Source of the DNA: Mobula hypostoma
Lineage: Eukaryota
Direction of reading: 5' to 3'
Assembly: GCF_963921235.1 (NCBI RefSeq)
Contig: NC_086109.1
Location: 17,114,001-17,178,000 of the forward strand
Length of the DNA stretch: 64,000 nucleotides
The notes below the pieces were generated by a model. The model was not told the origin of the DNA. It saw only the letters and a program-made list of their open reading frames with translations, and ran no database searches. The first letter of the stretch is position 1, and every line of letters starts with the position of its first letter. This document shows positions 40,201 to 50,264 of this stretch, one piece after another. The position numbers were made by a program, and so were the translations under genes.

Positions 40201-42736
40201 TTAACAGACTCGCAAAATTTGGCTCTACACATCAGTACAAGAGCCAAGGGAACTGCAGACACAATTTAGCTCAAATAAGAAACCAGAGGAATATAATCTC
40301 TAGTTGTTATGCTTCTCTCTAGTGTAGCAATTCCTAGAGTCTCAGTGAAACCACATATAGATTGCTGCTTAACTGGAACTGATGAAACCCAACTCTTACA
40401 CCAATCAGATTGCCCAGATTAACTTAAAGATCCCTTCCTCAATTCCCCTGAACCCTGTTTGTTTTTGAAGCTACAATCCAGTCTTATTAAGTTCTCTGAT
40501 CAGTCTCCCTCCATCATGCAGCAGTTGTGTCAAACCAAGCTGATGAAAAGGACACACAAAATACTGGAGGAACTCAGGAGGCCAGGCAGCATCTATGGAA
40601 AAGAGTAAATAGTCGACGTTTCAGGCTGAGAAATGTCGACTGTTTACTCTTTTCCATTGATGCTGCCTGACCTGCTGAGTTCTTCCAGCACTGTGTGTGT
40701 TGCTTGGATTTCCAGCATCTGTAGAGTCTCATGTTTGTGTTACCACCAGAGGGTGCTCATTCCCCTGTTGTCACTTCCTACCATTGCATAATAATGATTT
40801 ACAATCTTGGGAGGAGTGAGGTGTTTGGATGGTGGAGACTGAGATTTCCTTGAATAAACATATTAAATGCAATTACTCTCATAAAACACAGCAAACCAAC
40901 ACAGACACAACCACAGATTGTGGGTTCAGTGTGGGTTGTATTCAGCACAAATGTGCCAAGCTTTCAACACCAACAGCTTCTGTATGAAATCACCTGCAAC
41001 AAATAAAGTAATTGCAAACAGAAATGAGGAAAATGCTTGCAAAATCCAACAGCCTCCAGGTATTGGGAAGAAAAATTAAACTCCCACGCTGTTGAAAATG
41101 ACAAAGGCCACAGTGGGATGGATGGATGGTTTGTTTTTAAACTGGGCTTGAAAGAAACCTGAACTTAAATTGTGAGCTGATCCCTGATTTGCCCATACCC
41201 CCCATTTAAAAAAAAATTTTTCATGTACTAACCTGAAGAGTTCTGAATCATTTCGTCTATCAGGCCTTAGTGAACTCAAATAAGTATCCAAATCATTGCC
41301 TTTGTTACAAGCACCTTACTTCTCCACACATGGCAAGTTTCTCCTTTCCAATTTAAACACCAATTCTTATTCTGTATTTTAACATAGCATCCTATTGGGA
41401 TTTGCTCTATACAAAATGTGATATGCAACAGCTTGATACGATGTATACAGCAAATCCCAATAGGATGCTATGTTAAAATACAGAACACATTACTACTCCA
41501 AGTTAAAAGAAGCAAACAAGATCATGAAGGTGACAATGGCTAATTACAAATTTAGTGTTTCTTTTAAAAAACTGAAATATAAATCAACCCACTTCCCAAT
41601 TTAGTTACTTCGAAATTATAGATCAATTGAATCGAATTGTTTTCTATATCAACTGGCCATGTATAAAATAAAACAATTCTTTAAATAAATTGTTAATCAA
41701 TTCATTCCCACAAACTAGATATGAGTGGTTTTAAACTGGGGAAGAAAGCGTGGAAAATTTAAAAACTTTAAAAGCAAATAGCTTCATACAATGCTTGAGG
41801 AATAGAGCGTGCTCTCCACTTGTAAGAGTGTGTCAAATAGAGAAATCAGTTATGTACAGGAGAAGTGGCAGCATTACAAACTTGAGCACCAAACCCGACA
41901 CTGTGCAGTCTCCAGTGTCATCTAATAGATCACAATTACCAATCAGAAAGCCAGATCAGCATTTAATATGTGAGCACAAAGCAAAATAAATGGACTCAAA
42001 TAAATATTCATTTCAAAATAAAAACTGACAGGCTAAACTCACCTTTGAATTCCAAGTTTGCTGCTTCTTCCAAAAGCTCCTCCTTCATGCTGCTCAGCGT
42101 CTCAACAATCATATCTCTCATTTCCTCCTGTTTCCTATTTGCAATGCTCATCAGAGACTGGTACAACTCATTTTCCTTGTCCCTGGTGTATTCCAATCGC
42201 TTGGGAGTAATCTGTAAGTCCCTCTGCATATCGAAGGCCTGGTTGATGAAGATATCAAGGCAGCGGCAGTGGACGCCATTCAGCACAGTTGCTGCATCAA
42301 CCAGATACATCTGCACCACCTGCTTTGCAAAGGCTCCAAGTTGCTTTAACTTCTCAAAGTGTTCTACCAACACACTTGGGACTTTGTTGGTGAGAGATAT
42401 TCCACATCCTGTGGGACTTAAGTACTCCAACTTTGTGAGCTGACGATAAAGCAAGCTCTTTTCTTTTTCAGTTTTTGAACTTTTCAATAGGTAATCCTTG
42501 TCTGGTCCTGAGTGAGATTCTGGGTGGTGACCTGTCAATTGTTTTGGTACTTTGATGAAGAAGATAGGTAGGGCATGTTTCTTCTTCAAGTCCTCCAGCT
42601 CCCTCTCTTCATTGTCTGTCAAACGGTCCTCACTGATAGCATAGACAAGAATTGGCATGGAGTGTCTCAAATAGTCATCTAATGTGCCCCGTTCTGCCTG
42701 GGCTTCATGGCAAGGTACAACTAGGACATCCATTTC
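19097..42736 (-). CDS. DSTYK: DSTYK, 5'-partial multi-exon CDS: join of 42043-42736, 35485-35723, 33228-33311, 31705-31881, 30480-30609, 29938-30094, 28934-29066, 25485-25598, 22580-22694, 20459-20593, 19097-19260 (713 aa in window)
   Basis: Manual splicing gives one continuous ORF with every intron GT-AG and phases matching. Diagnostic DSTYK peptides: [80 protein letters not shown]. Confidence 0.97.
20459..20593 (-). CDS. DSTYK: DSTYK exon 12, 135 nt, [45 protein letters not shown]
   Basis: Acceptor tttcag|GA, donor AAAG|gtaatt. Confidence 0.96.
20681..20962 (+). mobile_element. tRNA-derived V-SINE/HE1-like SINE, interrupted by CR1 insertions
   Basis: GTGGCAC head; B-box-like GGTTGAATCC; tail resumes at 21325. 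Confidence 0.7.
20963..21315 (+). mobile_element. Young CR1/HER1 LINE 3' end with 9-bp TSD
   Basis: TSD TATGCACCT at 20954-20962 and 21316-21324; peptide [25 protein letters not shown]; (TTTCTATG) tail. Confidence 0.88.
21334..21935 (-). mobile_element. CR1/HER1 LINE 3' fragment
   Basis: Peptide [35 protein letters not shown]. Confidence 0.88.
22580..22694 (-). CDS. DSTYK: DSTYK exon 11, 115 nt, DLG and APE motifs ([38 protein letters not shown])
   Basis: Acceptor cccaaag|TTG (AAG type), donor TCGG|gtatgt. Confidence 0.96.
25005..25308. mobile_element. Possible degenerate Tigger/pogo-like non-autonomous element
   Basis: Ends resemble inverted repeats (CTGGGTAACAAA ... TTTGTAACCCAG), TA at right. 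Confidence 0.4.
25485..25598 (-). CDS. DSTYK: DSTYK exon 10, 114 nt, catalytic loop ([38 protein letters not shown])
   Basis: Acceptor ttctag|GCT, donor TTG|gtaagg. Confidence 0.96.
26400..27682 (+). mobile_element. Rex1/Babar-type LINE, RT domain to 3' tail, degenerate
   Basis: Motifs [34 protein letters not shown]; tail AAACCTGATTCTGAT. Confidence 0.88.
27920..28540 (+). mobile_element. Rex1-type LINE 3' fragment interrupted by a palindromic insert
   Basis: Peptides [13 protein letters not shown] and [11 protein letters not shown]; (CTTGAA) tail. Confidence 0.78.
28247..28403. mobile_element. Palindromic Penelope-terminus-derived insertion with 15-bp TSD
   Basis: Perfect palindrome 28285-28402; TSD TATTAATATTTGTTC at 28232-28246 and 28404-28418. 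Confidence 0.88.
28934..29066 (-). CDS. DSTYK: DSTYK exon 9, 133 nt, [44 protein letters not shown]
   Basis: Acceptor taacag|A, donor AAG|gtaaac. Confidence 0.96.
29938..30094 (-). CDS. DSTYK: DSTYK exon 8, 157 nt, kinase Gly-rich loop and catalytic Lys ([20 protein letters not shown]...[25 protein letters not shown])
   Basis: Acceptor acacag|GT, donor AAG|gtatga. Confidence 0.96.
30480..30609 (-). CDS. DSTYK: DSTYK exon 7, 130 nt, [43 protein letters not shown]
   Basis: Acceptor ttacag|CTT, donor CATG|gtaagg. Confidence 0.95.
31705..31881 (-). CDS. DSTYK: DSTYK exon 6, 177 nt, [11 protein letters not shown]...AFAASLRQ
   Basis: Acceptor ctgcag|ATA, donor CAG|gtttgt. Confidence 0.95.
32873..32948. 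repeat. Tandem duplication, 38 bp x 2 (one mismatch)
   Basis: ACTTTAAGCATATCCAAATG(A/C)ATTAATCAATGTAAGAA twice. Confidence 0.92.
33228..33311 (-). CDS. DSTYK: DSTYK exon 5, 84 nt, [28 protein letters not shown]
   Basis: Acceptor ttcatag|ATT, donor CAG|gttagt; translated by hand (absent from the ORF track). Confidence 0.95.
33625..34030 (+). mobile_element. Old CR1-type LINE fragment
   Basis: Degenerate similarity to 43090-43500 (GTACAGAGGGAC.TTGGGGT, TTTAAAACTCTGGTTAGGC). Confidence 0.6.
35485..35723 (-). CDS. DSTYK: DSTYK exon 4, 239 nt, DIIISENGE...ASNHLKQ
   Basis: Acceptor ccacag|AC, donor CAG|gtgtgt; peptide [27 protein letters not shown]. Confidence 0.95.
35985..36670 (-). mobile_element. 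CR1-type LINE 3' fragment with a small hAT insert
   Basis: Peptide [19 protein letters not shown]1 tail. Confidence 0.75.
36226..36304. mobile_element. ~80-bp hAT-type MITE
   Basis: CAGGG...CCCTG termini; degenerate 8-bp TSD CTCAAGTT/CTCTAATT. Confidence 0.65.
37206..37456 (-). mobile_element. Composite Tc1-MITE element, partial copy 2
   Basis: TA-flanked palindromic mini-MITE 37206-37272 joined to the same body as 8899-9080. Confidence 0.75.
38940..39352 (+). mobile_element. Rex1-type LINE RT fragment
   Basis: Peptide [24 protein letters not shown]. Confidence 0.75.
39465..39807. mobile_element. hAT-type fold-back MITE, 343 bp, perfect 8-bp TSD
   Basis: TIR CAGTGGTTCCCAACCTCCGGGCC; TSD CCATAGGG at 39457-39464 and 39808-39815; near-palindromic throughout. 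Confidence 0.93.
40552..40736. mobile_element. Inverted pair of Penelope-like termini (fold-back)
   Basis: Arms ~40552-40621 and 40630-40700 are reverse complements with scattered mismatches. Confidence 0.82.
41370..41485. repeat. Inverted repeat with 37-bp perfect arms
   Basis: 41370-41406 is the exact reverse complement of 41449-41485. Confidence 0.92.
42043..42736 (-). CDS. DSTYK: DSTYK coding exon (orthologous exon 3), 694 nt, EMDVLVVPC...EAANLEFK
   Basis: Acceptor tttttag|GAA, donor AAAG|gtgagt; lies within the 241-aa ORF 42008-42733. Confidence 0.96.
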
Positions 42737-43084
42737 CTAAAAAGGAAAGACAATGTTAGAAAAAGAAAAATTTACTTGCCTCAGAAGCATTTTCAAAGAC
42801 AAAGACAGATTCATGCCCAATTTCAGCTACATGATTACACAAAGCCAGAGAACTCCCAATGTAGTATTGTTAAGAATGCTTCAAAGGCATCTTTAACTTC
42901 ATACCAACAGCAAGTTTCAGTCACGAGGATCCACTGACTGGTGGAGTCAAAAAACTGCACTGCAATAGACTGTTGGATTCCTGTGATATTATAAGGCAAT
43001 GAAAATGAAATACAAATGACAGTGATTAGCGATACAAGAGAAAGGCCGCCAGTCCTGTGAAGGTTAAGTATAATAAGGGCCTAT

Positions 43085-43875
43085 GTGGGCTGAAAAATGG
43101 CAGATGGAATTTAATTCAGGTAAGTGTTGCACTTTGGGAACTTACACTGAACGTTAGGCACCGAGGAGAGCAGAAGGACAGTGGGGCCTGAAAATACAGA
43201 TCCACAAGTCCTTGAAAGTGGTGCCGTCGGTAGATAGGGTTGTAAAGAGAGCTTTTAGCATATTCCCCTTCATAAATCCAAGTACTGAGTACAGGAGTTG
43301 GGATGCTGTGTTGAAGTTTTACAATATGATGGTGAGACCAAATTTGGAGTATTGCATGCAGTTCTGTTACCTTCCTATAGGATAGATATAAATAAGATTG
43401 AACAAGTACAGAGAAAAGGTACAAGGATGTTGCTGGGACTTGAGGACCTGAGATATAGGGGAAGATTAAATAGTTTAGGACTTCTTCTTCCCCTGTAGTG
43501 TAGGAAACTGAGGGGAGATTTGATAGGGGTATATAAAATTATGAGTATAGATTGGGTAAATATAAGCAGGTTGTTTCCACTGTGGTTGGTTGAGATGAGA
43601 ACAAGAGATTATAGGTTAAGGGTGAAAGGTGAAAGGTGAAATGTTTAAAGGGAACATGAGGGGGAACTTCTTCACTGAGGCTGTCTTAAGAGTGTGGAAT
43701 GAGCTGCCAGCAAAAATGGTGGACACGGGCTTGATTTCAACTTTCAAGAGTAGTTTATGTAAGTACATGGATGGAAAAGGTATGAGGGCTATGGTCCAGG
43801 TCGATATAACTAGGCAGGATAATAGTTCGGCATGAACTTGATGGGCCAAAAGGCCTGTTTCTGTGCTGCAAAGCT
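43085..43875 (+). mobile_element. CR1/HER1 LINE 3' fragment
   Basis: WAEKWQMEFN codons; peptide FKGNMRGNFFTEAVLRVWNELP; CR1 tail GGGCCAAAAGGCCTGTTTCTGTGCTG. Confidence 0.85.
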
Positions 43876-44220
43876 CTGAAATCCAGAAATGAAGGTCAGT
43901 TCTCAATCAAGCACATAGTAGATCTTTGAACTTCTGCAGCCCTAACTATACCAGAGTAGGATGGCAGCTCCTTTCGTCTTTAAATTGGATCAATGACTAC
44001 TGCAATGACAACTGAGAATGACATAGCATTGCATACTAGTTACAACCTATTTTGATGATGTCATATGCAAATAGAACCATTTTGAGCTAGGAAAAAAAAA
44101 TGTCACTACCAAAATAACTGAAATGATTGCCAAACCAAGTACTTCTGGGAACTGGAACATATGCAACTTGCCTACCACCCCTACATAACCAGTAACTGCA
44201 ATAAGTTACAAGGCATTAAA

Positions 44221-44470
44221 AGACAAAATTCTGCAGATGCTAGAAATCTTCAAGAACACACAAATGCTGAAGGAACCCCACTGGTCAGGCAACACCTTTG
44301 GAAGGGAATCAACAGTTGACATTTAGGCCGAGATCCTTCATCAGGACTGAAAAGCTTCTTTCCTTTCCTGTCCTGATGAAGGGGCTTGTCCTGAAACAAC
44401 AACTGTTTATTTCTCTCGATAGTTTCAGCCTGACTTGCCGAGCTCCTCCAGCATTTTGTGTGTGTTGCTA
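44221..44470. mobile_element. Head-to-head inverted Penelope-like termini with two defective hammerhead motifs
   Basis: Minus-strand CTGATGA motif at 44313-44349 and plus-strand motif at ~44369-44404. Confidence 0.8.
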
Positions 44471-45529
44471 CAAGTCATTATTGTTATGGGTTTTTGGAAC
44501 TTAAGTTGCTGCATTAATAAAATCTTCATGATCTTGAACCCAGAGTTGTCCAGATATGTGCATAAACTTCCTTTGAAATTATAATCTGCATTTACAGTGC
44601 CCCCCTGCAAAAAAAGAGCCAAATAAACCACAGGAGCTTACAGTTTGAAATCAAATCTATTTGTACAAAGAAAGACAGGACTGAGGTCTCAAAATCGCAG
44701 TGGCAACTTGACAATGAAAATTCATAATCACAAAATTAGGTAATAAAAGTGATCTCATCCAGTTCTCCAATAAATCAATTGGAAAATGTAGAATTTAAGA
44801 ACATATTTAAGAGTACCTGACATTTCACACAACCTTCTAGGCCTTATGTTCCTATGAGTTTTTCTGCTGATGTTGACCAAATGAAAAGATCAAGAGGTTT
44901 TTTGCCTCTTTATCTGAACCTGCAGCTGGAATTAAGGAACCAATCCATTCTGCTCCTAAGCTGCCACACTCAAGTTTACATGGCCACGTACTATCAACCC
45001 TCAGCCAATGGCCTAACTCCCCTACAAACCAAGTGGTCAATCTTAATGAGGGGAGCAAAATTTTTTAAAAAAACAAACCTGGATCCTAGGTAGGATGCAA
45101 TAGTGACCAAATTAAAGTACCTTGATGTGATTATTTGATGAGAGTGGAAGAGGAAATAGCCACTCTAAACTGGTTATTTTTGTCTTTGCATTTACAATCT
45201 GCAACTCAATAACAAAGGAAGTAACTCAAGGGGTAGGGGATGCAGTTGAGAGGGGAAAGAGAAGAAAGGAAGAACCAGCTGTTTCATTGACTTCTTGCTT
45301 TTACTTACAAACCACTAGCCAATTTTATTATTGATTTTGCGTACAAGAGCAGCACATTTCCAGGAGAACATTTCAAAGAGGTTTCAATGTTATAATATCA
45401 AAAAGTCTTGTCATTTCCTCCTGGTGAATCTTAAACCAGAAAGACTTAAGCTCCTTGTTAAAATCCTGGCTGAGTAAATGAAATTGGCTGTACATTTACA
45501 GAGACGTCACTTAGCTCTTTCAAACTAGC

Positions 45530-46915
45530 TTTCAACTAGTTTGGGAGGGGATGGGAACCAGGGCACCAGGTCAGAGAGCAGATGGATGGAGGGGAAGGTA
45601 AATGTCAAGACCAGTAAAGCAGGCAAGACAAATTAATACATTATGATGGGACAGATAGCTTGAAATGTGTATATTTTAATGCAAGGAGCATTGTAGGTAA
45701 AGTTGATGAACTTAGAGCATGGATCAGTACATGGAACTATGCTGTGGCCATTACAGAGATTTGATTGAGAAAAAGACAGGAATGGGTGCTTAATGTCCCA
45801 GGATTTTGATGCTTCAAAGAAGACAGAGGGGAAAAGAGGCAGGGGAGTTGCACTACTAATCAGAGACAATATCACAGCTGCATTCAGAGGGGACATAATG
45901 GAGGGCTCATCCACTGAGTTTATATAGGTAGAACTTTAAAAAAAAAGTGTAATCACTCTGATGAGATTTCACTACAGACCCCCCCCCAAAAAAAAATAGC
46001 CAAACAGACATTGAGGAACAGATATGTAGGCAGATTAAAGAAAATTATATAAATAACAGGATTGTTATCATGGGGAATTTAAACTTCCTAATATAAACTG
46101 GAACATTTTAAGTGCAAGAGGTTCAGATGGGCAAAATTTGTTTGGAGCATCCAGGTGGTATTCTCAAATCAATGTGTAGATCAGGAGTAGGCAACCTTAA
46201 GCACAAATGATTTTCTAGCATGCTTTATTCATTAATTTCAGGTAAAACATAACTAGATGCATTTAGATGGATAATTCCCAAATTTCAAGTCTTTTTTGGG
46301 CATTTATCTGGCCCACCATCCACTCATTAATAGGCGATCCAGCCCACAGAGGCAAAAAGGTTGCTGACCCCTGGTGTAGATAGTCCAACAAGAAGAGGGG
46401 TCGCACTGGATCTAGTGTTGGATAATGAGCCTGGCCAGATGACTGACCTTAGTGGGCGAACAGTTAGGGAACAGTGACCCCAAGCTTTAATATAGCTACA
46501 GAAATAAGGTCAAGTATGGATCTTACAGGAGTGTATCAAATTGAAGCAAGGCAGGGAAAGGACAGGATCGCAAGATAAGAGAATCTTGGATGTCAAGAGA
46601 GTCGATGAACAGTCTAGGAGAAAAAGGAAAAGTAAATAAAGCTTAGGAAGACAGAATCAAACAGAGCACTTGAGGATTATAAGGAAGCCAGAAAAGAACT
46701 CAAGAAGGGAATTAGGAAAGCCAGGAAGGGCCATTAAAAGTTCTTGGCAAGTAGAGTTCAAAAGAATCCCAAGGCATTCTAAATTTACTGTACATCAAAA
46801 TCAACTAGGCAGAGTAGCAAGGTTAACTAGGGAGAGTAGGACCACTCAAGGATAAAGAGCAGGGGAGGGACAATTTGTTTTGATGCTGAGGATGTGGGTG
46901 AAGTCCTTAAATGAA
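45530..46915 (+). mobile_element. CR1-type LINE fragment spanning the ORF1/ORF2 junction and APE endonuclease, degenerate
   Basis: Peptides LKCVYFNARSIVGKVDELRAW, GVALLI, IMGNLNFPNINW, LDLVL. Confidence 0.85.
46182..46373. mobile_element. hAT (Charlie-like) MITE inserted in the CR1
   Basis: Perfect 8-bp TSD GTGTAGAT at 46174-46181 and 46374-46381; termini CAGGAGTAGGCAACCTT / AAGGTTGCTGACCCCTG. Confidence 0.85.
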
Positions 46916-46917
46916 AG

Positions 46918-47498
46918 CAACACACACAAAATGCTGGAGGAACTCAGGTCAGGCAGCATCTATGAAAAAGACTACAGTCAATGTTTCGGGCCGAGACCCT
47001 TCATTAGGACTAGAAGAAGAAAAAAAATAAGGAGTCAGAAAGAAGGTGGGGGGAGGGGAGGAAGAACCACAAGATGATAGGTGAAACCGGGAAGGGAAAG
47101 GGTGTGAAGTAAAGAGCTGGGAAGTTGATTGGTGAAAGAGATACAGGGCTGGAGAAGGGGGAATCTGATGGGAGAGGACAGAAAGTCCATGGAAGAAAGA
47201 AAAGAGGGAGGAGCACCAGAAGGAGGTGATGAACAGGCAAGGTGATAAGGAAGGAGAGGTAAATGGGAATGGGGAATGGGGAAAGGGGAGGCATTATCGG
47301 AAGTTTGAGAAATCGATGCTCATGCCATCAGGTTGGAGGCTACCCAGATGGAATACAAGGTGTTGCTCCTCCAAACTCAGTGCGGTCTCATCATGACAGT
47401 AGAGAAGGCCAGAGACTGATGTGTCGGATTGGGAAATGGAATTTAAATGGGTGACTGCTGGGAGATCCTGTTTTCGCTGACGGACTGATACGTGCTCG
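46918..47498 (-). mobile_element. Penelope-like element, 3' portion
   Basis: Reverse-complement homolog of 12270-12800. Confidence 0.85.
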
Positions 47499-48320
47499 GA
47501 GTGACCACTCTCCGCTGAACATTGACGGCTCCTCCATTGAGATCATTAAGAGCACCAAATTTTTTGGTGTTCACCTGGCAGAGAATCTCACCTGGTCCCT
47601 CAACACCAGCTCCATAGCCAAGAAAGCCCAGCAGCATCTCTGCTTTCTGTGAAGGCTGAGAAAAGTCCATCTCCCACCCCTATCCTCAGCACATTCTACA
47701 GAGGATGTATTGAGAGCATCCTGAGCAGCTGCATCACTGCCTGGTTCGGGAATTGCACCGTCTCGGATCGTAAGACCCTGCAGCGGATAGTGAGGTCAGT
47801 TGAGAAGATCATTGGGGTCTCTCTTCCCGCTATTACAGACATTTACGCCACACACTGCACCCAGTATTGTGAAGGACCACACGCACCCCTCACACAAACT
47901 TCTCCCTCCTGCCATCTGGAAAAAGGTACCGAAGCATTCGGCTCTCACGACCAGACTGTGCAATAGTTTCTTCCCCCAAGCCATCAGACTCCTCAATACT
48001 CAGAGTCTAGACTGACATCTACATCATTTATTATATTGTAATTTGTCCTCTACTGTGCCTATTGTCTTGTTTATTAATTATTGTACTGCCCTGCAGTGTT
48101 TTGTGCACTTTATGTAGTCCATGCAGGTCTGTAGTCTAGTGCAGTTTTTATGTTGTTTTACGTAGTCTAGTGTAGCCTTGAGCTGTCTCACATAGTCTAG
48201 TGTAGTTTTGTGTTGTTTTCATGTAGCACCAGGATCCTGGAGGAATGTTGTTTCATTTTTACTGTGTTCTGTACCAGCAGCTTATGGTCGAAATGACAAT
48301 AAACTTGGCTTGACTTGACA
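47499..48320 (+). mobile_element. Rex1/Babar LINE 3' fragment
   Basis: Peptide FYRGCIESILSSCITAWFGNCTVSDRKTLQRIVR; tail AATAAACTTGGCTTGACTTGAC. Confidence 0.88.
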
Positions 48321-48510
48321 TTAAGTTAACAACAATGGACTTTAATGCCAGGATGTGTTGATCCTGACTATGTGCAAAGACCTCCAAGGGACAAATAATT
48401 CCCTTCAATTTGTGGCTGATGCCAAAAACATTTGCTGAAACAAATAGGAGTTTTAAAAAAAAACAAAGCAAGATAAAACAATCAGAATTTCAGTTGGTTT
48501 TGCACTTTTA

Positions 48511-49030
48511 GAGGAGGCCACATCGGGAGCACCAGACACAGTACATGACCCCAACAGACTCACAGGCGAAGAGTCATCTCACCTGGAAGGACTCTTTGGG
48601 GCCCTGAATGGTAGTGAGGGAGGTAGTGTAAGGGCAGGTGTAGCACTTGTTCCACTTACAAGGATAAGTGCCAGGAGGGAAATCAGAGGGGAGGGACGAA
48701 CCGACAAGGGAGTCGCATAGGGAGTGATCCCTGTGGAAAACAGAAAGTGGAGCTGGGAGGGAGGGAGGGAAGTATGTGCTTGACAGTGGAATCCCATTGG
48801 AGATGGTGGAAGTCACAGAGAATTTTGTTAATTGCTGAGGCTGTTGGGATGGTAGGTAAAGACAAAAGGAACCCTCACCCCTGGTGGAGTGGCAGGAGGA
48901 TGCAGTGAGGGCAAATGTGCGTGAAATAGATGAGGTTGAGGGTGGAGGAAGGGAAATCCCTTTTTTTGAAGGAAGAGGATCTCCTTAGTTCTGGAATGAA
49001 TAGCCTCATCCTAAGAGCAGATGCAGCAGA
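48511..49030 (-). mobile_element. Penelope-like element, upstream continuation of 46918-47498
   Basis: Peptide PPGTYPCKWNKCYTCPYTTSLTTIQGPKESFQVR. Confidence 0.85.
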
Positions 49031-49414
49031 GCTGGAGGTGGCATCTGAAAGGAAGAGATGTCTTCTTCCTGGTCGGCGACCAAATGGGAGCAGTTAGAGT
49101 GAGAACACAGAAGACAGAATAGAGTTGCAAAGCGCAGAGCTGGAAGACACATTCAGCAGGTCAGGCTGAGCATGCCCTCCACTGGGGTGGGGGGAGAGGA
49201 GGGAAACGAGCAAGCAGAAACATCTGTATTTTTAGAATCAGGCCCATCATGTTTGAGAAACAGCACCTCATCTTCCATCTAGTTCTGCTGCAGTGTTCTG
49301 GTTTCACTATTGATAACAGAATGCTGGAAGTACTCAGCAAGTCAGGCCATACAATATTAACTGGTCAAACAATGAATAGGAGCAATTAAAAACTGAAATC
49401 ATAGAACATTACAT

Positions 49415-50240
49415 TGTGTTCCAACATCGGAGGCAACATCTCTTCACTGACAATCAACACTAGCGCACCTCAAGGATGTGTGCGCAGCCCACTGCTCTAC
49501 TTCCTCTACACCCATGATGGTGTGGCTAGGCACAGTTCAAACATCATCAAGTTTGCTGTCAACACAACAATTGGAACAATTTCAGATGGCATACAGGAGT
49601 GAGACAGTTCAGGTAGTTGAGGGGTGTCGCAACAGCAACCTTACATTCAATGTCTGACAGATCAAGGGATTGATTGGGGACTTCAGGAAGGGGAAATTGA
49701 GGGAACACACCAGTCCTGAGAGGAATCAGAAAATGAAGAGTGAGCAGTTTCAAGTTCCTGGGTGTCAACGTCTCTAAGAGTCTATCCTGGGCCTAACATA
49801 TTTATGCAATTACAAAGAAGGCACAATGGCAATTATGTTCCATTAGGAACTTGTGGAAACTTGGTATGTCACCCAAAGAACATGCAAATTTCTACCGATG
49901 CACTGTGGAGAGCATTCATACTGATTGCATCACATCTGGAATGGAGGGGCCACTGCACAGGAATGGAAAAAGATGAAGAAAGGTGTAAATTCATCCAGCT
50001 CCATCAAGAGCAATCAGTTCCCCAGAATCAAGGGCATCTTCAAAAGGGAATGCCCCAAAAAGGTGGGATCCATCACTAAAGACATTCATCACCCAAGATA
50101 TGCCCTCTTTTCTTTGCTACCATCAAGGTGGTGGTAAAGGAGCCTGAAGACACACTCGTGTCAGGAACAGCTTCCTTCTCTCTGCCATCAGATTTCTGAA
50201 TGGACATAAGCCCATGAACACTACCTCAGTATTTTCCTCT
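49415..50240 (+). mobile_element. Rex1-type LINE RT/3' fragment
   Basis: Peptide SAPQGCVRSPLLYFLYTHD...IIKFAVNTTIG. Confidence 0.82.
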
Positions 50241-50264
50241 GTGTATTAATAATTTATTATTAAT

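Noticed and set aside
41970..42443. 157-aa plus-strand ORF
   Set aside because: Antisense shadow of DSTYK exon 3.
42880..43010. Possible ancient Deu-domain SINE remnant
   Set aside because: Similarity too weak to support by eye.
48110..48230. Spaced GTAGTCTAGTG repeats resembling a CRISPR-like array
   Set aside because: Short, irregular repeats inside a Rex1 3' UTR in eukaryotic DNA; no cas genes.
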